Shown in pieces: positions 29,352-42,138 of a stretch of DNA of 64,000 nt. Origin of the DNA: Octopus vulgaris. Its lineage: Eukaryota. The stretch lies in assembly GCA_951406725.2 (NCBI GenBank), contig OX597814.1, positions 183,520,001 through 183,584,000 of the forward strand. The letters are read 5' to 3'. The number at the start of each line of letters is the position of its first letter. Position 1 is the stretch's first letter. The position numbers were made by a program, and so were the translations under genes. Under the pieces are notes generated by a model. That model was not told where the DNA came from. It was given only the letters and a program-made list of their open reading frames with translations, and made no database searches.

Positions 29352-31416
29352 CATTTATATGTAAGATAAGTATGACGCCGCCAATGGGGACATCGAAAAG
29401 CCGTCTGTAAAAGCCCGTTTACCAAACGGCCTCTGGCGAACAATATGTGGAAAAGCTCAGAGTTACAAAGATTACACCTCCTTCTGCCCCTATCAAATGG
29501 AGGGCCACCGACAAAATCGACCATTCCAGCCTAAAAACTGAATTCGCGTTCTTCAAACGCCAGATAAGTTTGCTAAGTCCTGTAGCTTGGTATTTATTAA
29601 CGTCGCGAAAAGTTGCGAAATGGTTCGAAATTCTCAAGGCCAATTTTGACGATGAGGCCCCGACATACGAGTAGACATCTGAATCCGTGTAAACCTTGCA
29701 TTGGTAAATGGCATTTCTGATCTTGGAGTTACTAGACAAGAACCTTATTCTATTGGGATTAGCTTCTGATATTAATACTGCGTTTCTGTTACTATATTGA
29801 CTGTGAGAACTGCGGCCGCCTACTACATAATATTCCTCATTATCACTATTAATTAACGGACTAACCCCTGTGTATTCCCTATCACTGAGAACGCTGTAAT
29901 TGCTAGTATCCGTGGACCTGCTATTGCCGGAAACGATGCTAATGTTGCTATTAGGACTCCCTACATTAATGACCCGAATTGCGCTCACCTCCCTATTACC
30001 ATTACTAACGTTATTGACATCACCATTTCTTCTATCGCTAATCCTATTATTTACTCCCTGGTTGGTACTGAGATTATCAGTCACTGTACTGGCTCTTTTA
30101 TCATTATTACTACTATTATTATTCCTACTGCGCGTTAAACTGTGATTAGACGGGGCTGCGCCTCCGGACAAAGGTGGTAGGGTCTTAATAAGCAGCCTAT
30201 TATTATGGGAAGCGATTATCTGGGAAAGGTTTTTTGTGTTGGAGAAAGCTATCCTAACTTTATGCGAATTAACCGTGGAGTAATATTTGGAATTTCTGGG
30301 GAAGTTACTGGCAATGGCTTGTCGAAACAGGAGGGGAAGATTAGTTCTAATCTGCTTACCAAAGGGAATTACAAACCAGATATGTTTATTCCTATTTTTG
30401 TGATGGGTCGGGAAGCCAGCTCTGACATTAGGGTGGGTGATTCTAGGTTGAATAAAAGGTTTTGGTTTAGTATGACCTCCCCTGGACCGTAAATTATCTA
30501 TGTTCCCTAAATTAAATCCGGAAGTACCTGCTCCAACACTCTCCCCGCTCCCATCACTACTTAAATTATTTATGTTATTATAGACGGCCCTATCCTGATG
30601 ACCGAATGGTGGCATCGGAAGGGCTGGATCAATATATACTACCTTCTGCCTATAACCGGCTTTGGATAGTACGGCGTTATAAAATTCCGCTTTCTGCATA
30701 AAAATGTCGACACTAGCGGACAAGTTAGACAATCTTAGAGAGATGTTTTTAACCAAATTGTCTGTTACAGTTTTGGCATGATTGGAGAAGACACTGACAT
30801 ACTTTAAATTAGTGGAAGGTTATGGTAAGGGCAGTATGAATCGCTATGGAGGTTTAGTGTGACGTCTAGGAAATTAGCCTTGGTGAGTTCATTATCAAAA
30901 ACTATATTCATGCCCATTCTATTAAAGAACCTAGCTAACCTATTTTTAGTTTTCTGTACGATTCTGTTCGTGGTGTTTTGCAGGTAAAACAGACAATCGT
31001 CACGATACAGGCCGCCCGCGATATCCGGGAATTGGTCGGATAATTCGTAGAGAATATAGATTCCGACCAAATCGGCTATCTGCGCACTATCCGAACTACC
31101 CATAGGCACATCGAATTCGTTGGGAGTATCTTTACGAATCCACAACTTATTTTCAAACTTTATAAATGATTTTCTGGCAACTAAAATAATATCAATTTCT
31201 TCTCTAGTGAGGCCTGCCTTGTTGTGAGCTTGCCACAGGGCCTTATTTAGTACACTAGGGTTAATCGAGGAGTAGAAGCTGGCGATATCAAACTGAATAA
31301 ACCTAGTACGGTTCTTATTAGGGATGGAAGAGAACCACTTCACGACCTGCGAGGAGTTAGCCCAGAGGCTAAGCTTCAGCTTATTTACTAAACTAGGGAT
31401 ATATTTATCTAAATTT
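29352..31416 (-). CDS. PLE reverse transcriptase + GIY-YIG endonuclease (partial, two 1-nt frameshifts)
   Basis: FIQFDIASFYSSI, FDVPMGSSDSAQIADLVG, GLYRDD, NFLDVTLNL; AIYQCKV...YVG, RISNH, CNLC...CPH; frameshifts near 30825 and 29500. The inverted copy 31443-31832 has the C-terminus in frame. Confidence 0.87.
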
Positions 31417-32472
31417 AAGCTAATCCCAATAGAATAAGGTTCTTGTCTAGTAACTCCAAGATCAGAAATGCCATTTACCAATGCAAGGTTTACACGGATT
31501 CAGATGTCTACTCGTATGTCGGGGCCTCATCGTCAAAATTGGCCTTGAGAATTTCGAACCATTTCGCAACTTTTCGCGACGTTAATAAATACCAAGCTAC
31601 AGGACTTAGCAAACTTATCTGGCGTTTGAAGAACGCGAATTCAGTTTTTAGGCTGGAATGGTCGATTTTGTCGGTGGCCCTTCCATTTGATAGGGGCAGA
31701 AGGAGGTGTAATCTTTGTAACTCTGAGCTTTTCCACATATTGTTCGCCAGAGGCCATTTGGTAAACGGGCTTTTACAGACGGCTTTTCGATGTCCCCATT
31801 GGCGGCGTCATACTTATCTTACATATAAATGACACCTAAGACAATTAACACCTTGTTACCCTATTAAAATGAAAATAATTTTTGGAAATAATTTTTGAAA
31901 AACCTTTTTAAAAAATCTATGAATAACTCTTGCAAGGGGAAATTACTCCCATTAGGCGATTGGTCGGTTTTTTTTTGGAAGCAAACGCTGGAATTATATA
32001 TACCCTTATGATTCTTTGACGATGTTAATTTTTAGACAAGCAGGCCTAGACGAACACACGAACACAGAATTTTTTCAGCCGCCTGACAGGTTTTTTCAGC
32101 AGTGCTCATTATCTAGCGCCCCTCGCCAACATACGGCCGCGCACACATAGGCTAGTATACACATACATGCTTTTAGATAGGTTTTGTCTCGCCCCTAAAA
32201 TACACCCTGTATTCTTAAAATATTCAGAACATTAGTTTTGGTCACACAGAACATCTCCACACCCCTTGTTCTCATTAATTCCTCACCTACTAGATTTGAC
32301 CGTTGCCTAACCTGTAATTATTCCAACGGACTTTTTGTCGGCCTCCACCAACCCCCCGATTTCAACGTACATTGATAAACAGTTTAACCATGGGCTCTTA
32401 AGGAGCGTCCTCGTTCGAATTGCTTTGCTGCGCCTCTGTTTTGTTTTGTTCCGTCAACGTAATTCCTGCTTT

Positions 32473-32552
32473 TACCTGAAGAGAAAGCTGCAATATGGTA
32501 TCCTTATTAAATCAGAATTTGGAAAATTGTGGCCTTTGAAACATGTGTAGAA
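32473..32552 (+). ncRNA. Inverted copy of the same hammerhead-like motif
   Basis: CTGAAGA at 32476, GAAA at 32538; helix I has a mismatch in this copy. Confidence 0.5.
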
Positions 32553-33179
32553 TGTAATAAAAGGAATTCTGTACAATCTTCGTTCAACTCCATTTCTTCC
32601 ATTCACTAATTATATTAAACTTCAATTATCCGCACCAACGCACGGTTGCAACACCAAATGGTCTTATCTCCAACCGTGTTTTTTTCTGCTGTGATTTTTG
32701 CTACCCAGGTATCGGTTAAACTTTTGAATAATCTGTAAAAAGAAAATTCATCTTTCCATTTCAACAAATATATATATATATACATATAACTTTTCTCGCT
32801 GGATTGCGTGTTCGTTTCTCTTTTTACCATCTGTGATTTTATTGTTGATCTATATAAATGAAGATTTTTCCTCCGTCTGGATGCTTTCCTTTCTATAAAA
32901 CGGGAAGTTACATTGCGGAACAGTTATTTTAACGAGTTGTATTTATTTATCACCCGACGAGACACATCTGCACCGTCGGGTGCTTATGAACCAGTTGTTG
33001 ACTGTCCCATCCATGAGGAATCGATGCTAGATGTGTCGAAACAATTGTCGTGATTAATAATAAATTCTCATATATTCCACCTTCCATCTTTCATTTGCCA
33101 TTGTACATAAGGATCACTGTGAAAGTGACCGGGCTTTACCAGTAAGTTACCAGGTGTAATCCATTCGTTTTATTATCCA

Positions 33180-33229
<50 letters not shown>

Positions 33230-33319
33230 TACTAATATAAGATGAAGTTTTCTTACAGAAAAAATTTCATCCAAAAAGTGGCAGCATATTAAAATAGCTT
33301 TAACGGTTAAAATTATAAA

Positions 33320-33525
33320 CAACTTATAAACAAAGGCAAAAGAAAATTATTTCTATGCCAATATTCTGATAACAGACTTTTAAATCGTCAATTTCCACAT
33401 ATCATTATACCCACAACAGAACTACGTAATTCTGTAGTGGGTATAATATGTGGAAATTGACGATTTAAAAGTCTGTTATCAGCATATTGGCATAGAAATA
33501 ATTTTTTTGCCCTTGTTTATAAGTT
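33320..33525. repeat. Near-perfect ~205-bp palindrome
   Basis: AACTTATAAACAAAGGC...ACAGAA ctacgtaa TTCTGT...GCCCTTGTTTATAAGTT. Confidence 0.9.
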
Positions 33526-33970
33526 CTGTGTGTGTGTGTATATATATATATGTATATGTTTGTATCTATGCATACCTACTGCCAACGACAGAACTGTTTC
33601 CATTCACCAAATTTCAGTCACAATATATTGGGTGCAGCGGAGCCTATGATAGGAAGCATTGCCAAAAACGATGCGCAGCTGAATCTATCCCCAAACAACG
33701 TTTACGCAAAGCAGGGCTCTTAACCGTACAAAAATATTTACTCTTACCCAGGCCCATACGACCAACTGTTTCTCCTCTCACACTCATCCTTATGTGTATG
33801 TAGCTGTAGCTATGTTATTTAACCGAGAGATTTCATTAATCTGAGATTTATGGATTGTTTTACCAAATTTCTTTTTCCATTGCAGTTTTGAAACACATAA
33901 ATGAAATTGAAATAACTTTCTACAGCGAGCCATTTATCATCTCTACTCCACCCTCTCATAAATCATATAA

Positions 33971-34035
<65 letters not shown>

Positions 34036-34802
34036 AATATATGTATGTATATGTCCATTTACCTACCTACTTCCTCCCTTCCTTATATATTTATCTGAAT
34101 GTGTGTCGGTATGTTGTATTATTAGCTACTTTCTTAGCTAACTACCGACACAGACAGACGAAGCGTGGTAATTTGTCTATCCTCTCGTCTTTCTGTTTAT
34201 CAATCCATCTATCCATCAATTTGAATAGAGTCTAACACCCACTCAGTCACACACATACTCCTTTATTCTGTCTCTCTGTCTGTCTGTTTGTCTCTCTCTC
34301 TCTCGGTCTCTCATTCACACACATACACACACACACATGCACGAACACATACGAATATGTATACAAACACAAGGACACACATAGGTAAACACACAAATAC
34401 ACTTTATCATTATATATCGAAATCCCTATTTTGAAGTTTCTCTCTTTCCTGTCTAGGACAATACCTTACTACTCACACACCACCATCTATTACACTTAAA
34501 TTTCCTAAGAATATGTATGTTTACAGACGTTTGTGTTTGTATTGGTCACGAACCGACTGTTTAACTTCAGGTGTCATTCAGACTGTAACACAGTGATATA
34601 TGGGCACATAAGTAGGGTTTATATTTTATGGCCCTAACATCAACACCACTGCAATCTCAATGGTTCTTCTCTATCTCTCTCTCTCTCTAATTTTCTATCT
34701 ATTTACAACACAGTATTTTTTCTTATTCTCACTATTTCATTCCACACTCAAACACTCTCCCATCCTCCTCCACATCTTTCTTTTTTTCTTTCTTTTTCTT
34801 TT

Positions 34803-35361
34803 TGCTTGTTTCAGTCATTCGACTGCGGCCATGCTGGAGCACCGCCTTTAGTCGAGCAAATCGACCCCGGGACTTATTCTTTGTAAGCCCAGTACTTATT
34901 CTATCGGTCTCTTTTGCCGAACCGCTAAGTGACGGGGACGTAACACACCAGCATCGGTTGTCAAGCAATGTGTGGTAAGTAACTTGCTAACCAACCACAT
35001 GGTTCCGGGTTCAGTCCCACTGCATAGCACCTTGGGCAAGTGTCTTCTACTATAGCCTCGGGCCGACCAAAACCTTGTGAGTGAATTTGGTAGACGGAAA
35101 CTGAAAGAAGCCCGTCGTATATATGTATATATATATATGTATGCGTGTGTGTGTTTGTGTGTCTGTGTTTGTCCCCATAGCATTGCTTGACAACCGGTGC
35201 TGGTGTGTTTATGTCCCCGTCACTTAGCGGTTCGGCAAAAGAGATCGATAGAATAAGTACTGGGCTTACAAAAGAATAAGTTCCGGGGTCGAGTTGCTCG
35301 ATTAAAGGCGGTGCTCCAGCATGGCCGCAGTCAAATGACTGAAACAAGTAAAATAAAAGAG
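34803..35361 (+). mobile_element. SINE family D with an inverted duplicate of its own 3' part at the 5' end
   Basis: Plus copy 34969-35361 (tRNA-like head, CCTTGGGCAAGT motif, internal microsatellite); 34803-34970 is the reverse complement of 35181-35350. Confidence 0.8.
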
Positions 35362-35376
35362 TATATATATATATAC

Positions 35377-35810
35377 ACGAGCAAAACGCGCCCTGTCCAA
35401 TGGACGGTGCTGAATCATAACTGCTGAATAAAAACAATCAGTGTTTTCTTTTCATTAAAAAATAATTAAGCATGCCTTTATTTCAAAACTTCTTGAGAAA
35501 CCAAATAGTCTTCTCCTTACTTCATGCCAAGTTAGAAGAAAACATCTCTTTTCCATCTTACTTTTTTGGTCTCTTAAATATATTGCATTTTGTGGCATTA
35601 TTTCAACCCAGCCGAGTTTTTTTGCGCAAAATGCACATTCCCACGGCTTTATCGGTCGCATTCTCACCTGGAATAGATTTTTGTAATTTTTTTCAAGACT
35701 TATACACGCCCTGATACCGTCGGTATCTACATATCAAATTTCAGCGTAATCGGATGGAGGATGCCCGAGATCCTAGAAGACACAGACAGAACGGATTTTA
35801 TATAATAAAT
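35377..35810 (-). mobile_element. Non-autonomous Helitron-like element (diverged)
   Basis: Minus-strand start ATTTATTATATAAAATCCGTTCTGTCTG and 3' GC-rich hairpin (CGTCCATTGGAC) followed by TGCTCG, a CTAG-like end. Confidence 0.5.
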
Positions 35811-36599
35811 ATATATATATATATATATATATATCTCTTATTATAAAAGGCAGATTTTATCTGCCTCCCTTTGGGAGTTATACAAATCTACAATATAGGA
35901 TTTCTTCAATTACAATTTACCTAGCAATTTTAAGAGTACAATGCATCGCGTCATGCCAGGTCCAGTTTTTAAAATTTAAACTCCAATTAAGCAAAATTTA
36001 CAGAAAACTCACATTCTGGTGTGTGTGTCAAATGCTTTTCTTAGTCTGGTTTACACCACACGCAAACGCACACACACAGTGGGCAACGAATAAAATGAAA
36101 CTAGATGTAATATTTGTTACTGTCCATGAACGCTGATAGATACATGAGTAAAATGTATGGGAAGCTAACAAATAAGAGTGAGTGAAAATGTTCTTGGAAG
36201 AGAGTAATTAGTAATAAAGTAAACATACACTCATACATACATACATACATACATACATACATACATACATACATACATACACACATACACACATACATAT
36301 ACATACATACATACATATACATACATACATACACACACACACAGTATTGAAGCTTGAGAACAATCAGATACATTTGCAACACATCTGTTGAAAATATTAT
36401 TGTTCACACACATACATATACATATATACATACAGACAGACAGACAGATAGACACACACACACACACACACACACATGATCCAGCATGGCCACAACCTCA
36501 AGGCTGAAACATATAAAAGAATAACAGAATATAAATGTGTGCATGTGTGTGAGAGAGAGAGTGTGTGTGTATATGTATGTATGTATGTATGTATATATA

Positions 36600-37115
36600 T
36601 ATAATAATGCGGTTTTTTCAACAGCTTGAACTAAAAGTCAGAGGGGAATGGGATAAACTACTTATATTAACTTGCTATAAAAGCAGGTAGTAATTTTATC
36701 TTGTCCTTATTCATAGTGCAAGTTTTAAAGTGCATTCGATTTTGTGCTATGTTGAAGTAACAAGATAATAGTTAATGCAACAAGCAAATGCAGTATATGG
36801 GGATTGGACAATAAGCGTAAGGCAGTGTCAATGGTGGTTCCAGAAATTCCGAGCCATAAACTACAGCCTAGAAGACGAGCCTCATCCTGAAAGATCTGTA
36901 GAACTCGACAAGGACATCCTGAAAACCCTGGTGGAACAAAATCTCATCGTAACTGTTGAGGAACTAGCAGAGAAGCTTGGATTTGGTCATTCAACCATTC
37001 ATTGAGACCTGTGTGCTATCGGAAAAGTCAGCAAATTGGGTCAATGGGTTCCTCACGAACTTTCCGAGTCTAATTGCATGCAGAGAGTGAATGTATGCTT
37101 TTCTTTGCTGTCACA
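36600..37115 (+). pseudogene. mariner transposase N-terminal fragment inside unit 1
   Basis: VYGD..ISVRQCQWWFQKFR...LEDEP...TVEELAEKLG..HSTIH* followed by GKVSKLGQWVPHEL (mariner WVPHEL motif). Confidence 0.85.
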
Positions 37116-37140
37116 TCTCACCACTACTGCGCTATGTATA

Positions 37141-37778
37141 TCTATATATATAAAACTGTAGTTGTGTGAGTGTCTGTCCCCTTCGATTTAGATTCCTAAC
37201 TACTCCCACATTTTGCGGTGCAGTTTAACCAAATTCGGGTAGCTTATAGTCGTGATTCATATCGAGCCCGTCTGAGTATTAGCGCGCGTCTACGATGAGT
37301 CTACGATTTTAAAAATAATTTAACATCATTTTTTATTCCATTTTAATGCATAATTTTTCGTGTGTCGATGGCGGTGGAGTTGGCGTCCACGCTCACACCT
37401 GCACCTGTGGGGAAGGGAGTGTAAGGAAATCAACGTCGTAATGCGTTGTCAAGGAGACCAGCGTTCTTTTAGAACAACGACTTCATGGCTTGAAGACACC
37501 AAAACAGAAATGGCTAAGAAAGCGTCTACATGAGTCTACGATTTAAAAAAAAATTTACCATCGTTTTTTTTTCCATTTTAATGCATTTTTTCGCTATTAT
37601 ATAAGGGAAGTAACTCTCTAAAAATGTCTACGATGAGTCAACGATTTAAAAAAAAATTTACCATCATATTTTTTCCATTTTTAATGCATTTTTTGCTATT
37701 TTTTGGCTATAACTCTCTAAAAATGCTTATATAGTTATTTCCCTTACAAACCCGAGCAACGCCGGGCGATACTGCTAG
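37141..37778 (+). mobile_element. Inner non-autonomous Helitron (also 38926-39561 and a shorter variant 40796-41190)
   Basis: a|TCTATATATATAAAA...subterminal hairpin...CTAG|t. Confidence 0.85.
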
Positions 37779-38224
37779 TCTTATTATAAAAGGCAGATTT
37801 TATCTGCCTCCCTTTGGGAGTTATACAAATCTACAATATAGGATTTCTTCAATTACAATTTACCTAGCAATTTTAAGAGTACAATGCATCGCGTCATGCC
37901 AGCTCCAGTTTTTAAAATTTAAACTCCAATTAAGCAAAATTTACAGAAAACTCACATTCTGGTGTGTATGTCAAATGCTTTTCTTAGTCTGGTTTACACC
38001 ACACGCAAACGCACACACACAGTGGGCAACGAATAAAATGAAAGTAAATAGCGGACAGAGTGATTTGAGGAAGACTAAAGTGAAAGTATTCTGTCTATGA
38101 CGATGATAGATACATGAGTAAAATGTATGGGAAGCTAAGAGCTAAGAGTGAGTGAAAATGTTCTTGGAAGAGAGTAATTAGTAATAAAGTAAACATACAC
38201 TCATACATACATACATACATACAT

Positions 38225-38257
<33 letters not shown>

Positions 38258-38459
38258 TACACACACATACATACACACACACATACATACATACATACAT
38301 ATACATACATACATACATACATATACATACATACACACACACACACACACAGTATTGAAGCTTGAGAACAATCAGATACATTTGCAACACATCTGTTGAA
38401 AATATTATTGTTCACACACATACATATACATATATACATACAGACAGACAGACAGATAG

Positions 38460-38490
<31 letters not shown>

Positions 38491-38544
38491 ATCCAGCATG
38501 GCCACAACCTCAAGGCTGAAACATATAAAAGAATAACAGAATAT

Positions 38545-38900
38545 AAATGTGTGCAAAGTACAAGAAATATTAATGCAGTATATGGGGATTGGACAATAAG
38601 CGTAAGGCAGTGTCAATGGTGGTTCCAGAAATCCCGAGCCATAAACTACAGCCTAGAAGACGAGCCTCATCCTGAAAGATCTGTAGAACTCGACAAGGAC
38701 ATCCTGAAAACCCTGGTGGAACAAAATATCATCGTAACTGTTGAGGAACTAGCAGAGAAGCTTGGATTTGGTCATTCAACCATTCATTGACACCTGTGTG
38801 CTATCGGAAAAGTCAGCAAATTGGGTCAATGGGTTCCTCACGAACTTTCCGAGTCTAATTGCATGCAGAGAGTGAATGTATGCTTTTCTTTGCTGTCATA
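38545..38900 (+). pseudogene. mariner transposase fragment inside unit 2
   Basis: Near-identical to 36785-37115, same premature TGA. Confidence 0.85.
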
Positions 38901-41483
38901 TCTCACCACTACTGCGCTATGTATATCTATATATATAAAACTGTAGTTGTGTGAGTGTCTGTCCCCTTCGATTTAGATTCCTAACTACTCCCACATTTTG
39001 CGGTACAGTTTAACCAAATTCGGGTAGCTTATAGTCGTGATTCATATCGAGCCCGTCTGAATATTAGCGCGCGTCTACGATGAGTCTACGATTTTAAAAA
39101 TAATTTAACATCATTTTTTATTCCATTTTAATGCATAATTTTTCGTGTGTCGATGGCGGCGGAGTTGGCGTCCACGCTCACACCTGCACCTGTGGGGAAG
39201 GGAGTGTAAGGAAATCAACGTCGTAATGCGTTGTCAAGGAGACCAGTGTTCTTTTAGAACAACGACTTCATGGCTTGAAGACACCAAAACAGAAATGGCT
39301 AAGAAAGCGTCTACATGAGTCTACGATTTAAAAAAAAATTTACCATCGTTTTTTTTCCATTTTAATGCATTTTTTCGCTATTATATAAGGGAAGTAACTC
39401 TCTAAAAATGTCTACGATGAGTCAACGATTTAAAAAAAAATTTACCATCATATTTTTTCCATTTTTAATGCATTTTTTCTATTTTTTGGCTATAACTCTC
39501 TAAAAATGCTTATATAGTTATTTCCCTTACAAACCCGAGCAACGCCGGGCGATACTGCTAGTCTTATTATAAAAGGCAGATTTTATCTGCCTCCCTTTGT
39601 AACTTATAGAAATCTACAATATAGGATTTCTTCAATTACAATTTACCTAGCATTTTTAAGAGTAGAATGCATCGGGTCATGCCAGGTCCAGTTTTTAAAA
39701 TTTAAACTCCAATTAAGCAAAATTTACAGAAAACTCACATTCTGGTGTGTATGTCAAATGCTTTTCTTGTGTGGTTTACACCACACGCACACGCACACAC
39801 ACAGTGTGCAACGAATAAAATGAAAGTAAATAGCGACAGAGTGATTTGAGGAAGACTAAACTGAAAGTATTTAAACCACTACTCAAAAAATAAAAACACA
39901 CAGCAAACAGAAACAAATAAATACATAACGATTTACTCCTCACACAATTTCTTCAATTAGAGTGTACCCATGATTTTTCAGAGTACTTCAGTGGGTGATG
40001 CCATAAAGAATTTCTTTCAATTTTACCACTAATTAAGACAAAATTCGAGAAAACTCAATATTTTAACATTTCACTCCGAAAGCATTGATGTACATGTGTG
40101 CGTGCGTGAGTGTGTGTGTGTCATTCCTCACACACACGCATACACATACATATATGAGAGTGGCAAACACAAACGTTTCAAACAACTACATACAAACACG
40201 TGTGTGTTTGTTATTAGTAAAAAAGGCGCCAAAACACAACTCACTTATCATTCCAACACATTTGCAAAGACACACGGACGGTGGAATTGCTATAACAATA
40301 CAGAAAAGGTAAATTGGTTTTTATTTTACTCTGTATATATTTTATTATATAATATTATATATAGATATATGTATATATAATTGCAGTATGAAACAGTGTT
40401 TATGTATAAACAGACGACACTTATATATAGTTATTATAATAAGAGATTAATAAATGTATGCATCCGTTTAACCCTTTCATTACCAAACCGCCCGAATTTA
40501 CCTATTCATATTTAAATGAGAATATCAGAGTAAATCTCTTTAGTACATTCGTGAAAACACGTATTATACTTCGTAAACACTTCAACTACAGTTTTGTACA
40601 AAAATCGAAGTGTAATTTTAATTCCGTGAATTATGGGAGATTTTTTTCCGAAATTTGTTCCTATTGTGTTTTCAAAATTTGTAATTCTGACAAAAAATGG
40701 ATACGAATTTCATTATATCAAGCAGCGAGTCAGAATTCGAAGGATTTTCTACTGAAGACCTTCATAAATCTAACTCTATGACTGAAAAAAAAGCATCTTT
40801 ATATAAGAGTGAAGTTGTGTGTCTGTCTCCTACGATTTAGATTCGTAACTACTCCCACATTTTGCGGTGCAGTTTAACCAAAAGCGGGTATCTTATAGTC
40901 GTGATTCATATCGAGCCCTTCTGGGTATTAGCGCGCGTCTACGATGAGTCTACGATTTAAAAAAAATTTAACATCATATTTTTCCATTTTAATGCATTTT
41001 TTCGCTTTTATATAAGGGAAGTAACTCTCTAAAAATATCTACGATGTGTCAACGATTTAAAAAAAAATTTACCTTAATTTTTTTTTCAATTTTTAATGCA
41101 TTTTTTTGCTATTTTTTGGCTATAACTCTCTAAAAATGCTTATATAGTTATTTCCCTTACAACCCGAGCAACGCCGGGCGATACTGCTAGTATATAATAA
41201 AATATATAACTAGGTCACAATGAGTACAAAGAGTATTGAATAAACAATAAGTAATAAGTAATATGGTTTATGTCTATCATTGTTTGAATTGCATAATAGT
41301 GGTTTTCCTCTAATTTATATATATTATATATTTATATTGTGAAATTTGATTTAATACTAAATTGAATTTTTCCCTGTAAGTTATACCCCCAAATTTTATA
41401 TATACATGCGCGTTCCGTCGACGGCTTAGCTGGTCAAACCCTCGAAGTCACAGTCAAAAACATTCTTGAATAAGCATAATAAT

Positions 41484-41533
<50 letters not shown>

Positions 41534-41955
41534 GGTATATTTGAAAACTTAAGAAGGCAATAAATGTATATGTTCAATATCAATGTGTATATCCGGTGAG
41601 TATGTATCACCGGTTACTATGTGTCGTTTTCTATTTGAAATAATTCATTAATCCTTGCGTGAAACACTAGTCTTTAATTTGATATTTTGTACTGTTTTTC
41701 TTTTACCCCTCCTAAGTTTGAAGAGTTATGTATCCATGTATGGGCGATATAACAGGTGCACATTTTTTTTTACCACATATCTGAAGCGGAAGTGACACTG
41801 TAGACAGATATCTATAACTTTAACAGGAACCCACACACATACACACATACACACATACACATATAGTTATAGATTTATATATATGTATATATACATGCAT
41901 GTATATCCGTGTATATGTATATATATGTGTGCGTGTGTACACAGATACAAACATA

Positions 41956-41997
<42 letters not shown>

Positions 41998-42099
41998 GTG
42001 TGTATATGTATATATATATATATATATATACATATGTATACATACATATATACATATATATATATATCTATATCTCTCTATATATATACATATGTATAT

Positions 42100-42138
<39 letters not shown>

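Larger units (their letters stand above)
35836..41190 (+). mobile_element. Head-to-tail array of composite non-autonomous Helitrons: units 35836-37778, 37779-39561, 39562-41190
   Basis: Each unit starts TCTTATTATAAAAGGCAG and ends CCCGAGCAACGCCGGG-cgatactg-CTAG; junctions are CTAG|TC; outer 3' flank is T. Confidence 0.82.

Noticed and set aside
40468-40790. TTAACCCTTTC start resembling a piggyBac-type MITE end
   Set aside because: No matching right terminal repeat found in the window.
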